From contig CAXXOS010000003.1 of assembly GCA_963676155.2 (NCBI GenBank), forward strand, positions 18,414 through 82,413: 64,000 bases of DNA. Reading direction: 5' to 3'. Shown here piece by piece: positions 1 to 9,567 of the stretch. Position 1 is the first letter of the stretch. Each line of letters begins with the position of its first letter. A model generated the notes under the pieces. It was not told the DNA's origin and did no database searches. It saw only the letters and a program-made list of their open reading frames with translations. The stretch is from Anaerolineales bacterium. GTDB taxonomy: Bacteria > Chloroflexota > Anaerolineae > Anaerolineales > UBA11579. Made by a program: the position numbers and the translations under genes.

Positions 1-1
1 T

Positions 2-691
2 CTTCGCCATGGCACCCTAACACTGGATGACTTACTCACTGAAGTCACAAAAATCCAAATTGAGGGGGCTGGCAAAAACGATCAAATCACACTTCAACAT
101 GTCTATCATCGTGTCCCCATGATTACTTCCTTGCTCCCCATCTGGGCCAATAGCATTTCTTTAAAAATGAAAAATCGCATTGTCAAACATAACTTTGCCA
201 AAGCAAAACGATTTAATGAAAATTTTGGCATGCCCGAGTTCATCCCCACTCCTTCCCTGACCAATAAGATTGAGCACGTCTCTGTCTCTTTACCACATTC
301 CGTTTTGGTCATCGAAGCCTTATTAAAAATGGGAGAGGTCAAATTAGCCGCAGAGCATCTCACCAAAATCGTGACTGCCCAAGGTTTGTGTTTGCGCAAT
401 CAAGGCGCCCTCTTTGAACGCTATGACGTCCACACTGCCCAAGGGTTTGACTCGCCTTATACGTGGAACAGTTTGTTCCCCATCGGTTTGTTCCTCAAAG
501 TGGCTGGCATCGAAATTCTCTCTCCCACTAAGGTCAAACTTCACTATTGCAATCCTCTGCCAGCTAAATTCAAAGTTAGTTACCGTGGGCTAGAAATTAT
601 GCATGGGTTAAAAGAAACACAGATCACTTTCCCCAACGGCACGCAAGTAGAATATGATGGGGAAAGCACACAAATTTTTGAAATGAAATAG
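2..691 (+). CDS. C-terminal part of a six-hairpin glycoside-hydrolase-like protein (5' end outside window)
   Basis: The reading frame is open from base 2 to the stop at 689-691, so the ATG at 119 in the track is internal. The C-terminal ALFERYDVHTAQGFDSPYTWNSLFP segment resembles the catalytic end of (alpha/alpha)6 glycosidases (GH63/GDE_C/trehalase-like). The family call is pattern-level only. Confidence 0.45.
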   Translation, partial: LRHGTLTLDDLLTEVTKIQIEGAGKNDQITLQHVYHRVPMITSLLPIWANSISLKMKNRIVKHNFAKAKRFNENFGMPEFIPTPSLTNKIEHVSVSLPHSVLVIEALLKMGEVKLAAEHLTKIVTAQGLCLRNQGALFERYDVHTAQGFDSPYTWNSLFPIGLFLKVAGIEILSPTKVKLHYCNPLPAKFKVSYRGLEIMHGLKETQITFPNGTQVEYDGESTQIFEMK

Positions 692-702
692 AAGGTAATA
701 AA

Positions 703-2616
703 ATGGGTATCCATGATGTTGAGATCATTCTGATCATCTTACTTTTTCTCGCTGCCTTAGTTGGCATCATCATTAAGCGGCTTCGCATGCCCTATACTGT
801 GGGCTTGGTCATTGTGGGACTTGCTTTGGCATTTTTTGGACCTCTCGATGCCTTAGGCATTAGCGTTGAAGAATTACGTACCTACTTATCTGCCGAATTG
901 ATTCTGAGCATCTTTGTTCCACCCTTGGTCTTTGAAGCGGCATTTCATATCAACTTCAAAGAGCTCACCAAAAATCTCAAAATTATTTTAGTATTCGCCA
1001 TCCCCGGTTTGATTCTCACCATGTTTTTGGTGGGTTGGATGGTCTCTCGCACGGTGGGGATTCCCCTCACAGATGCATTGCTATTTGGTGCTTTAATCGC
1101 TGCTACAGACCCTGTCGCCGTAGTGTCCTTGTTCCGTACTTTAGGGGTGCCCAAACGCCTTCAAATCCTTTTGGAAGGGGAGAGTTTGTTCAATGACGGC
1201 ACCGCAATTGTGATGTATAACATTATGCTTAGCGTGATTGCCACCGGCACATTTAGTTTTTCTCAAAGCGTGGTTGATTTCCTGATGGTCGCGGGGGGAG
1301 GGGTGCTGGTTGGCATCATTGTCGGTTGGATCGCCACGCGCTTTATTGGCTTTGTCAACGACGCCATGTTAGAGATTACCATCACCTTGGTTGCCGTTTA
1401 CGGTTCCTACCTCACCGCAGAGAATTTCCATTTTAGCGGCGTGCTCGCCGTGGTGGCTGCCGGCTTGGTGGCTGGCAATTTGTCCTCCACACGCATGTCT
1501 CCCACTAGCAAAATCACCTTGCTTAACTTCTGGGACTATCTCGCATTCATAGCCAACACGTTGGTCTTCCTTTTGATTGGATTGGAAATTGACTTAAATT
1601 TATTGGTCGAAAGTTGGCAAGCGATTTTCTTTGCAATTATCATTGTGCTTGCTGCTCGGGCAATTGTAATTTATGGATTTTCGCGGATGTTCAGCTCGCT
1701 TACGATGAAGATTCAACATGTGCTCTATTGGGGTGGTTTGCGTGGTGCGGTATCCTTGGCTTTGGTACTGAGTTTGCCTGCCACGATGGGTCCCGAACGA
1801 GACATTCTGCAGGCGATGACTTTTGGCGTGGTGCTTTTCACCATTCTCATTCAAGGGGTATCCATGGGACCTTTGGTCAAAAAATTGGGATTTGTCACCC
1901 GTTCGTCCAAAGCGATTATCTATGAGCTTAACAAAGCACGTTCAGTGGCAGCCGCAGAAGCCTATCAACATGTGGAGCAATTGGTGGACGAAGGCTTTGT
2001 CTCTGATGATGCTTGGCGAATTTTGGAACATCCCATGAAACAACAGCTCGAAAGCCGCAAAAAAGCCGTCAGCGCTATCGTGGCTCAAGAAAAAGAATTG
2101 CAAGTCACTGAAGTCAATTTTGCTTATCGGGAAAGTTTGCGCGTGCAACGAGCCACTTATTCAGAGCTCCTTTCAGAAGGAATCATTGGGGAGGACGTCT
2201 ACACCACTTTGATTACAGAGATCGACAATGCACTCATCAATGAAGACATTAACTACGCTGATTTTTTGGTCAATCGCAATGGTGCCACTGAAAACATCAA
2301 TCGCCTACTCATCACCACCATCTTAGAAAATGATCTCACAGATGTGGCTTCTTTGCTCAATATGATGGGGGTTTATATCACCACCTATGATCTTGAAAAA
2401 CAATCTCATCATCCCAATATGATTAATATCATGATTGGCATGCAAGCTGGCCAAGAAGAGAATGTGATTCGTGCCATCAAAGCGGTCACCAAGCTCACCC
2501 CCCTTGCTCGCAATGAACTCATCCGACAAGGCATTCCCATGACCAATATCAAACAAATCTTGGTCAATGGTGCTACATTTTATGTCTTTGAAATCGAACG
2601 CTACGAAGTGATTTGA
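703..2616 (+). CDS. CPA1-family Na+/H+ (cation/proton) antiporter with a roughly 220-aa cytoplasmic C-terminal extension
   Basis: 637 aa with many TM helices. It has the NhaP/CPA1 signature LFGALIAATDPVAVVSLF and ESLFNDG. An RBS-like aaggtaa lies upstream of the ATG. Confidence 0.85.
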   Translation: MGIHDVEIILIILLFLAALVGIIIKRLRMPYTVGLVIVGLALAFFGPLDALGISVEELRTYLSAELILSIFVPPLVFEAAFHINFKELTKNLKIILVFAIPGLILTMFLVGWMVSRTVGIPLTDALLFGALIAATDPVAVVSLFRTLGVPKRLQILLEGESLFNDGTAIVMYNIMLSVIATGTFSFSQSVVDFLMVAGGGVLVGIIVGWIATRFIGFVNDAMLEITITLVAVYGSYLTAENFHFSGVLAVVAAGLVAGNLSSTRMSPTSKITLLNFWDYLAFIANTLVFLLIGLEIDLNLLVESWQAIFFAIIIVLAARAIVIYGFSRMFSSLTMKIQHVLYWGGLRGAVSLALVLSLPATMGPERDILQAMTFGVVLFTILIQGVSMGPLVKKLGFVTRSSKAIIYELNKARSVAAAEAYQHVEQLVDEGFVSDDAWRILEHPMKQQLESRKKAVSAIVAQEKELQVTEVNFAYRESLRVQRATYSELLSEGIIGEDVYTTLITEIDNALINEDINYADFLVNRNGATENINRLLITTILENDLTDVASLLNMMGVYITTYDLEKQSHHPNMINIMIGMQAGQEENVIRAIKAVTKLTPLARNELIRQGIPMTNIKQILVNGATFYVFEIERYEVI

Positions 2617-2633
2617 GTAGAAAAAACAACTAA

Positions 2634-2670
2634 TAAAAAAGGCTCTTCTGAAAAGAGCCTTTTCTTTTTA
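2634..2670. terminator. Bidirectional intrinsic terminator between convergent genes
   Basis: A-run, then hairpin GGCTCTT-ctgaa-AAGAGCC (2641-2659), then a T-rich run. It reads as a hairpin plus U-tract on both strands. Confidence 0.8.
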
Positions 2671-2677
2671 ATAAAAT

Positions 2678-3949
2678 TTATGCCACCAATTCTTCCAAAA
2701 TAGCAATTGCGGTTGCAACGCCATCTTCTCCGCGAATTTGCTCTCCTAGAAGTTTTGCATTTTTTTGGATTTGCTCATTTTGAGTCACTTCTTCAATCGC
2801 TGCTGCAAGTTTCTCCGCACTCAATTTTTTATAAGGCAAGGGAGCACTGCCCACACAAAGCTCAAACACTCGTTTGGCCCAAATAGGTTGGTCAATCATA
2901 AATGGACAAATCACACTCGGTTTGCCAGCGCGTAGTCCCGCACCCGTCGTGCCGGCACCGCCATGGTGCACCATCGCTGCCATGTGAGGGAACAACCAAT
3001 CATGCGGTGCGCTTTTCAACACAAACACCGAATCTGGCACATCCATCGCATCCATGCCCCCCCATCCTGTGGCCAAGATGCCGCGTTTGTTCGCTTTTTG
3101 CAATGCTTCAATCACCATCTCTGCTATCTTTTGTGGGTTTCGTCCGGCCATGCTTCCAAACCCCACATAAACAGGGGCTTCTCCTGCTGCTAAAAATGCT
3201 TCCAATTCAGGGGAAGGGGACCAATCTGCTCCGGCGTCCAAAAACCAATAGCCGGTTACATGCGTAGTGCTTGCCCAATCTTTTGGTGCTGGCCACACAT
3301 GCGTGCTATGAGCGTGCAAGATTGTGATTGCGCTTCCATCTGCCATTTCGATTGGCGATGCTTTTTTGGATAATTTCTCCAAACCCAACACATCCACGCG
3401 GAACTCATTCAGAATATCGTCATAACTGTGATAGCCTTTGTGTATCACCACATAGCTCATTTGATTATATTTCTTCCCCAAGCGCAAAAGAGGGACGCCC
3501 ACTGCAGGAAATTCATCGGTGGGCACAATCACCGGCACAGGCAGCCCTAACACGGCTGGGATTTGCATTTTTTCTGCAATATGTGGTCCTGCCATGGCTT
3601 TGGGATGATAGACGATTAAATCTGGTTGAAAATCTTGGGCGGTTTGCCAAGCGTCGCGCATCATTTCTCTCAACAAGCGCTTTGCATCTTGCATCATCGT
3701 CGCCATAGACTTGAGCAAACCCAAAAATCCGCTCCCCTCCATTGCACTTTTTGCGGCTTCTGAATCAACAAATTTCATAAAATCATCATTCATGTACCCA
3801 TATTGCAAACCATTTTCTTTGATAAATGGGGCAAAACTTTCGCAAGTGTTCACCATTGCCACATGCCCTTTGGCCTGCAATCCTTTGCCAAGCGCCACAT
3901 AAGGTTGCACATCCCCGCGGGATCCCGCACAAATAATTAAAACCTTCAT
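2678..3949 (-). CDS. GT1-family UDP-glycosyltransferase (MGT/OleD/sterol-glucosyltransferase-like)
   Basis: 423 aa. N-terminal CAGSRGDVQPYVALGKGL and C-terminal HHGGAGTTGAGLRAGKP are nucleotide-sugar binding motifs typical of GT1/GT28-C glycosyltransferases. Confidence 0.8.
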   Translation of the reverse strand: MKVLIICAGSRGDVQPYVALGKGLQAKGHVAMVNTCESFAPFIKENGLQYGYMNDDFMKFVDSEAAKSAMEGSGFLGLLKSMATMMQDAKRLLREMMRDAWQTAQDFQPDLIVYHPKAMAGPHIAEKMQIPAVLGLPVPVIVPTDEFPAVGVPLLRLGKKYNQMSYVVIHKGYHSYDDILNEFRVDVLGLEKLSKKASPIEMADGSAITILHAHSTHVWPAPKDWASTTHVTGYWFLDAGADWSPSPELEAFLAAGEAPVYVGFGSMAGRNPQKIAEMVIEALQKANKRGILATGWGGMDAMDVPDSVFVLKSAPHDWLFPHMAAMVHHGGAGTTGAGLRAGKPSVICPFMIDQPIWAKRVFELCVGSAPLPYKKLSAEKLAAAIEEVTQNEQIQKNAKLLGEQIRGEDGVATAIAILEELVA

Positions 3950-3985
3950 TCCAAAACTCCTTGTTGATGAATCAATCCCTGATTC

Positions 3986-4684
3986 TTATTTTTTCTGTTC
4001 ATATTGGTCAAAATTGAGTTGTCCCGCTTCAGAGATTTGACGCAGTACTTCTTTTCCCACAGCAGGGTCATAACCCTCTTCAGGGGCTAAGCCACGTTCC
4101 ATTAATGAAGCGATTCCTTCAATCAATTCATCCAATGCTGGCACTTGGTCTGCTTCACGAATATCTTCCATGCTCACCAAGGCAAATGCAAGCATATCCA
4201 TCACATAGGCTACCACTTCCGCATGGATATCTTTTCGCATTGCGCCTGCGCTTTGCATCATCTTCACAAACAGACTACGTTCTGAGCCCGACCCACCTGC
4301 ATTCATCCGCTTGAATAAATTAGTAGGCAATTTCAAATAGGTACCCAAGATGCGCGCGTCTTGCTTAAAGATGGCCGCCATAAAAGCGCTTTCTGTCAGG
4401 GCATACAAGCTATTCTTATACATGCTTGCCACGCTCCCCCCCTGTGGGTCCGCTTCCACCAGCGCCCACCAGCGTTTGGCATAGGCCTGAAATTCTTGCA
4501 GAATTAAATTTTCTAGCAGATCTTCTTTGCTTTGAAAATGCAAATAGATTGCGCCTTTGCTGATCCCGGCTTCTTTCGCAATTTCGCTCACGGTTGTTTT
4601 ATCAAAGCCATATTGCACGAATAATTTGTTGGCTGCTTTCAAAATTCTATTTTCTCTTAACTGATTATTTTCTTTGTCTTGCAT
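3986..4684 (-). CDS. TetR/AcrR-family transcriptional regulator
   Basis: HTH segment FDKTTVSEIAKEAGISKGAIYLHFQSKEDLL. The track start (GTG at 4735) runs through the operator palindrome. The ATG at 4684 (MQDKENN...) lies behind a GGAAG RBS and is preferred. Confidence 0.85.
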   Translation of the reverse strand: MQDKENNQLRENRILKAANKLFVQYGFDKTTVSEIAKEAGISKGAIYLHFQSKEDLLENLILQEFQAYAKRWWALVEADPQGGSVASMYKNSLYALTESAFMAAIFKQDARILGTYLKLPTNLFKRMNAGGSGSERSLFVKMMQSAGAMRKDIHAEVVAYVMDMLAFALVSMEDIREADQVPALDELIEGIASLMERGLAPEEGYDPAVGKEVLRQISEAGQLNFDQYEQKK

Positions 4685-4695
4685 ATTCTTCCAAA

Positions 4696-4754
4696 CTATT
4701 TGACCAAAAATACGATATTGGTCAAATAGTATCACTCTGATTTCATTTGGTCAA
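4696..4754 (-). promoter_or_regulatory. Promoter plus palindromic operator of the tetR-glycosyltransferase operon
   Basis: On the minus strand: TTGACC (4754-4749), 17-nt spacer, TACTAT (4731-4726). A perfect 12-bp inverted repeat CTATTTGACCAA-N10-TTGGTCAAATAG spans 4696-4729 and overlaps the -10. The -35 itself is a third TTGACCAAA half-site. Confidence 0.75.
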
Positions 4755-4757
4755 GAT

Positions 4758-4790
4758 AAAAAAAAGATACTCAAGCGAGTATCTTTTTTT
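4758..4790 (-). terminator. Intrinsic terminator of the Yip1-like gene
   Basis: Hairpin GATACTC-aagc-GAGTATC (4766-4783) flanked by an A8 run and a T7 run. Confidence 0.75.
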
Positions 4791-4809
4791 AGGGTTCCAA
4801 TTAGACTTC

Positions 4810-5409
4810 TTAATGAGGCAAAATCCAAGAAACTGCCACCACAATCCAAGTGATTAGTAACACTCCGGCTGCCTTGCGATAGCCAAATTTATAGATATTT
4901 TGCAGCATGAACAAACACAACAATCCCGGCCACGCCCAAGCGGTCCCCACCCAGCCGAGCACTCGTGGCACCATCTCTGCAAATGCTCCATACGGAATTA
5001 GATTCTGCCACACCAATAGGGAAAAGATTAGCTCAATCAAGGTCAATGGGATCATCGGAATCAGGCTATACGCCATGCTCCCCATCATGGTGAAGATATT
5101 TTCCCTCCCCCCAAAGATCAAGGAGATCACCTGCAAAACCAAGCTCAAGAACAACCAAATATAAAAAAAGGTGAACGTGGTTGAATAGAGCGTTTCTTTC
5201 CAACTTGCCTGCTCCATAAACATCCAGCTTTGCACTTGGTCATTGGCAATGGAGAGTACCAAAAAGCTCAACAAATAGACCCATGCTTCTTTCCATTGAT
5301 AGAGGGTGTTTTCCATCGTTTTTTGAGGGTGCACCAACACCCCCACAAAGATCTGCCACACTCGTTTTGGCGTCGTATAACTTTTGAATTCCTGTGTTTT
5401 TTGTTTCAT
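4810..5409 (-). CDS. Yip1-domain-like polytopic membrane protein
   Basis: 199 aa with about 5 TM helices. The N-terminal VLVHPQKTMENT segment is typical of bacterial Yip1-family proteins. This is a weak, pattern-level call. Confidence 0.45.
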   Translation of the reverse strand: MKQKTQEFKSYTTPKRVWQIFVGVLVHPQKTMENTLYQWKEAWVYLLSFLVLSIANDQVQSWMFMEQASWKETLYSTTFTFFYIWLFLSLVLQVISLIFGGRENIFTMMGSMAYSLIPMIPLTLIELIFSLLVWQNLIPYGAFAEMVPRVLGWVGTAWAWPGLLCLFMLQNIYKFGYRKAAGVLLITWIVVAVSWILPH

Positions 5410-5415
5410 ATTGGC

Positions 5416-5919
5416 CTAGTCCTCTCGCTCAAACAACACATCCCCAGTCAGCTCATCACGCATCACCAACATTGCTTCTTGTGCATCATACACGGCATCC
5501 AACACAAACGCTTTCTCAGCGCGCATCGCTTCATAGAAATAGAAGTCTGTCGGTGGAATCAAATCTTTTGCCACTGTCATCGGATCAACCCACTCTAGCA
5601 CGCCTTCATTGCACGCCGGTGGATTCACCTTTTCAATATCGGCATAATACACATACAAAATCCAGTTATAGTCTGTTGGACTGCTCTCGGTCAGCATACC
5701 TGCAAATTTCAGCGCATCCGGTGCAATTTGGATGCCCGTCTCTTCATAGGTCTCCCGAATCGCACAAGCACGTGGGCTTTCATGCAGCTCCAACTTGCCA
5801 CCCACCGGAGAATAGCGCCCGGCATGGGGCATCTTGCTCCGTTTCAACAGCAAAAACTCGTTTCCATGCCGCAGTGCACACACCACCGCAATTTTTTTCA
5901 CAACCTTGAATTCACTCAT
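5416..5919 (-). CDS. NUDIX hydrolase
   Basis: Nudix box GGKLELHESPRACAIRETYEETG, matching GX5EX7REUXEEXGU. Confidence 0.85.
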   Translation of the reverse strand: MSEFKVVKKIAVVCALRHGNEFLLLKRSKMPHAGRYSPVGGKLELHESPRACAIRETYEETGIQIAPDALKFAGMLTESSPTDYNWILYVYYADIEKVNPPACNEGVLEWVDPMTVAKDLIPPTDFYFYEAMRAEKAFVLDAVYDAQEAMLVMRDELTGDVLFERED

Positions 5920-5931
5920 TTGCCGCTCTAT

Positions 5932-7116
5932 CTACCCAATCACGCCAAGCTCTTTGCCCACTTTTTCAAAGATAGACAACCCTTGTGATAAGTCATCTTT
6001 GCTGTGTGCGGCAGACAACATCACCCGAATGCGAGCCTTGCCCTTCGGCACAGTGGGGAAGCCAATCGCTGTCCCAAATACGCCTTCTTCATACAAGCGC
6101 TTGCTGAATTGTTGCGCCAAAGGTGCTTCGCCTAGCATCACAGGGGTGATCGGCGTTTCGCTCACGCCCGTATCAAACCCGAGCGCTTTCATTTCTGTTT
6201 TGAAGAATTTGGCATTCTCCCACAAACGATCGACTAATTCGGTCGATTCTTCCAAAATATCAATGGATGCCAAACAAGCGGCCACATCGGCGACGCTCAT
6301 GGCAGAGGAGAACAAGAATGGACGACCGCGTTGTTTCAACCAATCGACAATTTCTTGCTTGCCAGCAACCACGCCACCCATCACGCCAAATGCCTTCGAC
6401 ATCGTACCGACTTCAATATCAAATTTGCCATGCAAGCCAAAATGATCCACAATTCCACGTCCCCCACGGCCAACCACTCCTTCGCCATGTGCATCGTCCA
6501 CCATCGTAATCACGTCATAGCCTTGCACCGCTTCATATAATTCATCCAATGGCGCTAAATCGCCATCCATGCTAAACACCCCATCGGTGACCATCAAGGC
6601 CCGGCGATACTTTCCACGTTCTTCTTTTAATACCCGCTTCAAATCTTCGGCACTGTTATGTTCATAGGCAATAATCTTCGCCCCAGACAAACGGCACCCG
6701 TCAATAATGCTGGCATGGTTCAATCGATCGGAGAAGATCACATCTTCTTTGCCCACCAAAGCGGGGATGGTAGCGATATTGGCGCTGAATCCACTTTGCA
6801 TCGTCACCGCTGCTTCCACACCCTTAAATCCCGCCATACGGGCATCCAATTGATTGTGCAATTCCATATTCCCTGCAATCGTCCGCACAGCCCCAGGGCC
6901 TACGCCGTAGCGCGCGACTGCCTCTTGCACGGCTTTCACCAAGCGGGGGTCATTGGCCAATCCCAAATAGTTATTTGAACAAAAATTGAGCACCTTTTTG
7001 CCATCCACCACCAACCAAGCCCCTTGGGGGGAAGACAACGTACGAATATTGGTAAAAAATCCGGTTTCTTTGAGCGTATTCAATTCTTCTGTGATCCAAG
7101 CAAGTGTCATTTGCAT
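5932..7116 (-). CDS. kbl: Glycine C-acetyltransferase (2-amino-3-ketobutyrate CoA ligase), alpha-oxoamine synthase family
   Basis: 394 aa, collinear with E. coli Kbl blocks: [43 protein letters not shown], the PLP-lysine motif [15 protein letters not shown] and [16 protein letters not shown]. Confidence 0.85.
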   Translation of the reverse strand: MQMTLAWITEELNTLKETGFFTNIRTLSSPQGAWLVVDGKKVLNFCSNNYLGLANDPRLVKAVQEAVARYGVGPGAVRTIAGNMELHNQLDARMAGFKGVEAAVTMQSGFSANIATIPALVGKEDVIFSDRLNHASIIDGCRLSGAKIIAYEHNSAEDLKRVLKEERGKYRRALMVTDGVFSMDGDLAPLDELYEAVQGYDVITMVDDAHGEGVVGRGGRGIVDHFGLHGKFDIEVGTMSKAFGVMGGVVAGKQEIVDWLKQRGRPFLFSSAMSVADVAACLASIDILEESTELVDRLWENAKFFKTEMKALGFDTGVSETPITPVMLGEAPLAQQFSKRLYEEGVFGTAIGFPTVPKGKARIRVMLSAAHSKDDLSQGLSIFEKVGKELGVIG

Positions 7117-7360
7117 CTCCTATTAATCGTCATTTTTCTACATTGTACCTTAATTAAATCAACAAGTGAATTTGAGGTTTTTTGAAGAAAGAACTCTGCT
7201 TAAAACTCTCTAAATATTCAAAATCGGCTTGTCTAATTCTTAAGTGAGATTAACTTGACCGAGAAAGATAAAAAGATATAGTTCATCTAAATACTACTAT
7301 TAAAAATCAATTGTATTGAATCCAAATTGTTTGGATAGGAAGAATGAGAGGAATCAAAGA

Positions 7361-7903
7361 ATGAATAAAAAAGTAGTGCTAATTGCCTCACTTTTGTTGC
7401 TTGTTTTGCTTTTCACCGCCTGCAACACCGCTGAACCTGTTGAAACACAAACCCCATCTATGGAATCCGAATCAGAGTCTATGGAAGCAGAAACAGAATC
7501 AATGGAAACTGAGATGGACACAGAAATGGACGAAAGCATGGAAGCAGACATGGAAACCGATTCGATGATGGTCGGTGAAATGATGGACGGCTATTATGAC
7601 GTCACTCCCGAACAAGCCAAACAATTAATCGACACCATGCCCGAATTAGTCATTATTGACGTCTCATCTGCATATGCTCAAGGGCACCTCCCCGGCGCAA
7701 TCAATTATTACGTTGGTGACGGGTCACTCGATGAAGCCATTCCCACCTTAGACCCTGCCAAAACCTATCTTGTCTATTGCCATTCCGATAGCGCCTCGAT
7801 TTCAGGGGCAACAAAACTAGTCAATGCTGGTTTTGAAAATGTCTATCGCCTGATCGGCAACTATGGTGCTTGGGTAGCCGCCGGCTACGAAGTGGAACAA
7901 TAA
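7361..7903 (+). CDS. Rhodanese-domain lipoprotein with a Met/Glu/Asp-rich linker
   Basis: The ATG at 7361 follows a GAGAGG RBS. It has a signal peptide with lipobox LFTAC and a C-terminal rhodanese fold with active-site loop YCHSDSAS. The upstream extension in the track (7316) is not needed. Confidence 0.75.
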   Translation: MNKKVVLIASLLLLVLLFTACNTAEPVETQTPSMESESESMEAETESMETEMDTEMDESMEADMETDSMMVGEMMDGYYDVTPEQAKQLIDTMPELVIIDVSSAYAQGHLPGAINYYVGDGSLDEAIPTLDPAKTYLVYCHSDSASISGATKLVNAGFENVYRLIGNYGAWVAAGYEVEQ

Positions 7904-7925
7904 GTTTAGTAGTAATTAAGTGTAA

Positions 7926-7959
7926 AAAGAACATCCTCTATTGAATAGGGGATGTTTTT
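7926..7959. terminator. Bidirectional intrinsic terminator
   Basis: Hairpin AACATCCTCTA-ttgaa-TAGGGGATGTT (one G-U pair) flanked by A- and T-runs, between convergent genes. Confidence 0.75.
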
Positions 7960-7977
7960 AGTTAACAGAGAAAAAAA

Positions 7978-9258
7978 TTATTGGGTGGATTCCAAATCTA
8001 ATGAATATACAAGATTATCAACAATCACCCACAAAACATGATTTGAATCTTCAGTGATAATCGCGTGTTTATCCAATAATCGACATCCTTCATGTGAGAT
8101 AGGATCAAACCAACCGAATCCATTTATGGCAACTCCTTCGGTATAACGCTTTAACCAAACAATTCCATTTGAAGAATGATATATTGGAGCTGCGCTAAAT
8201 AATCGATAATTCATAATGTCATTTAAATAATCAGTTGGAGAAGTAAAAATTTGATGCCACTGAAAATTTTCATCAAAATAACCAAATGGAAAATTCCAGA
8301 GAGACTTTGATGAATTTTTATAAAAGAAATTGAATCCGTATACATTATTTGGGGAATCAAAAGAAAATACTTGTTTGTTTTTTCGATTTATTGCAATAAT
8401 GTCAGATTCAGAATAAACATTTATGAATCGATTCATAATAAAAAAATAATCTTCACTTATTAATATTTGTGAATCATCAAAATTCTTTTGAATAAGATTA
8501 AGTTTTTTTTCTTTTATGGAATATTCATAGAATCCATTTTGAACATGAGAAAAGATAATTGTATCGTAGCTATTAAACTTAATTTTCAATTTAAAATCAT
8601 TGGCTTTGTTTTGATTAAATACTTCAAATTTTTGAGTATCATAAAATTCAAAAGTGCCAGTGTCATTTGAAAATAGATAAAGAGACAGCAAGATTTTGGT
8701 TTCTAATTTTTCAAAATAAAAAAACCAAAGTTGATTGTTAGGGGAGGAAAGAATTCTACGATAGGAGAAATGTTCAATTTCTTTTGGAAGTTGAACTGGA
8801 AGAATTTTTTGAGTTTGAGGATAGAAAAAACAAATGCCATCACATGAATCACCGCCATAAAATAAAAATCTTACAGCCCCATTTGAATCTACATTTGTCA
8901 CAATAGAATTGTAAATATTGATATCGTATTTATCTATATCGACTATAAATTTCCATGGAGATGATAATTCTAGAGTCGGTGTTTCCGGAGTAATAATTTC
9001 TTTATTAAACATAAAATCATCAAGCGATTCAATACAATCTCCAAATCGATCAGAATGAATATATTCAAAATCCCCACTTTCATCAATCAAAGAAATAGGC
9101 ACGTCATAAGTAGGATATGCATTAATATTGGTTTCAAATGGAATTTGAGTAGCAGCGGTTGTTGCAAAATGGGCTTGGGTGAGTTGAGTGGTCGGATTGA
9201 AAACAAAAATAATAAGCAGTAGGAAAAGTATGAAAATAATTAAGATTTTTTTCTTCAT
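7978..9258 (-). CDS. Secreted hypothetical protein, possibly beta-propeller-like
   Basis: 426 aa with a GGGGAG RBS and an N-terminal signal/anchor helix. It is an aromatic/Asn-rich repetitive beta-type sequence (e.g. SNGIVWLKRY, SNHVLWVIVDNLVYSLD). Codon usage is very AT-rich and no catalytic motif was recognised. Confidence 0.55.
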   Translation of the reverse strand: MKKKILIIFILFLLLIIFVFNPTTQLTQAHFATTAATQIPFETNINAYPTYDVPISLIDESGDFEYIHSDRFGDCIESLDDFMFNKEIITPETPTLELSSPWKFIVDIDKYDINIYNSIVTNVDSNGAVRFLFYGGDSCDGICFFYPQTQKILPVQLPKEIEHFSYRRILSSPNNQLWFFYFEKLETKILLSLYLFSNDTGTFEFYDTQKFEVFNQNKANDFKLKIKFNSYDTIIFSHVQNGFYEYSIKEKKLNLIQKNFDDSQILISEDYFFIMNRFINVYSESDIIAINRKNKQVFSFDSPNNVYGFNFFYKNSSKSLWNFPFGYFDENFQWHQIFTSPTDYLNDIMNYRLFSAAPIYHSSNGIVWLKRYTEGVAINGFGWFDPISHEGCRLLDKHAIITEDSNHVLWVIVDNLVYSLDLESTQ

Positions 9259-9567
9259 AGACTAGAGCTCCCCAATAAGATTGGAACAAGAGTAGAAGTT
9301 TAAATTATAGGAGATAAAACTTTGGAAACAATGAGAAGAACCATAAAATTTTTTAAATAAGCATTCGCATAAATTGCCAAAACGGAGGTGCATCACACTA
9401 ATACTCTCTTTGCTGTGTTTTGCAAGCTTTACTCGCATTAACGGGAGAAAGAGCATGAATAGCGAAGTAATCATACGAGAGGGTATTCCTCACTAGTCAT
9501 TATTCTATAGAAGAAATTAATAGAAAAATTTAAAAGGTTCAAGAATAATTTAATTTAAATTTTTATT

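Noticed and set aside
5394-6445. Long plus-strand ORFs (171 aa and 203 aa) opposite the NUDIX and kbl genes.
   Set aside because: The opposite-strand genes carry unmistakable family motifs, while these frames are Pro/Ser/His-rich nonsense without an RBS. The same reasoning applies to other antisense track ORFs: 1614-1925, 2902-3708, 10959-11330, 14125-14517, 16228-16623, 22304-22780, 34093-34608, 37943-38344, 38451-39281, 57425-57907 and 60594-60965.
9262-9474. 70-aa minus-strand ORF between the two island genes.
   Set aside because: It has no RBS, it overlaps the RBS region of the 426-aa gene, and it sits in an AT-rich spacer where such ORFs arise by chance. It is unsupported.
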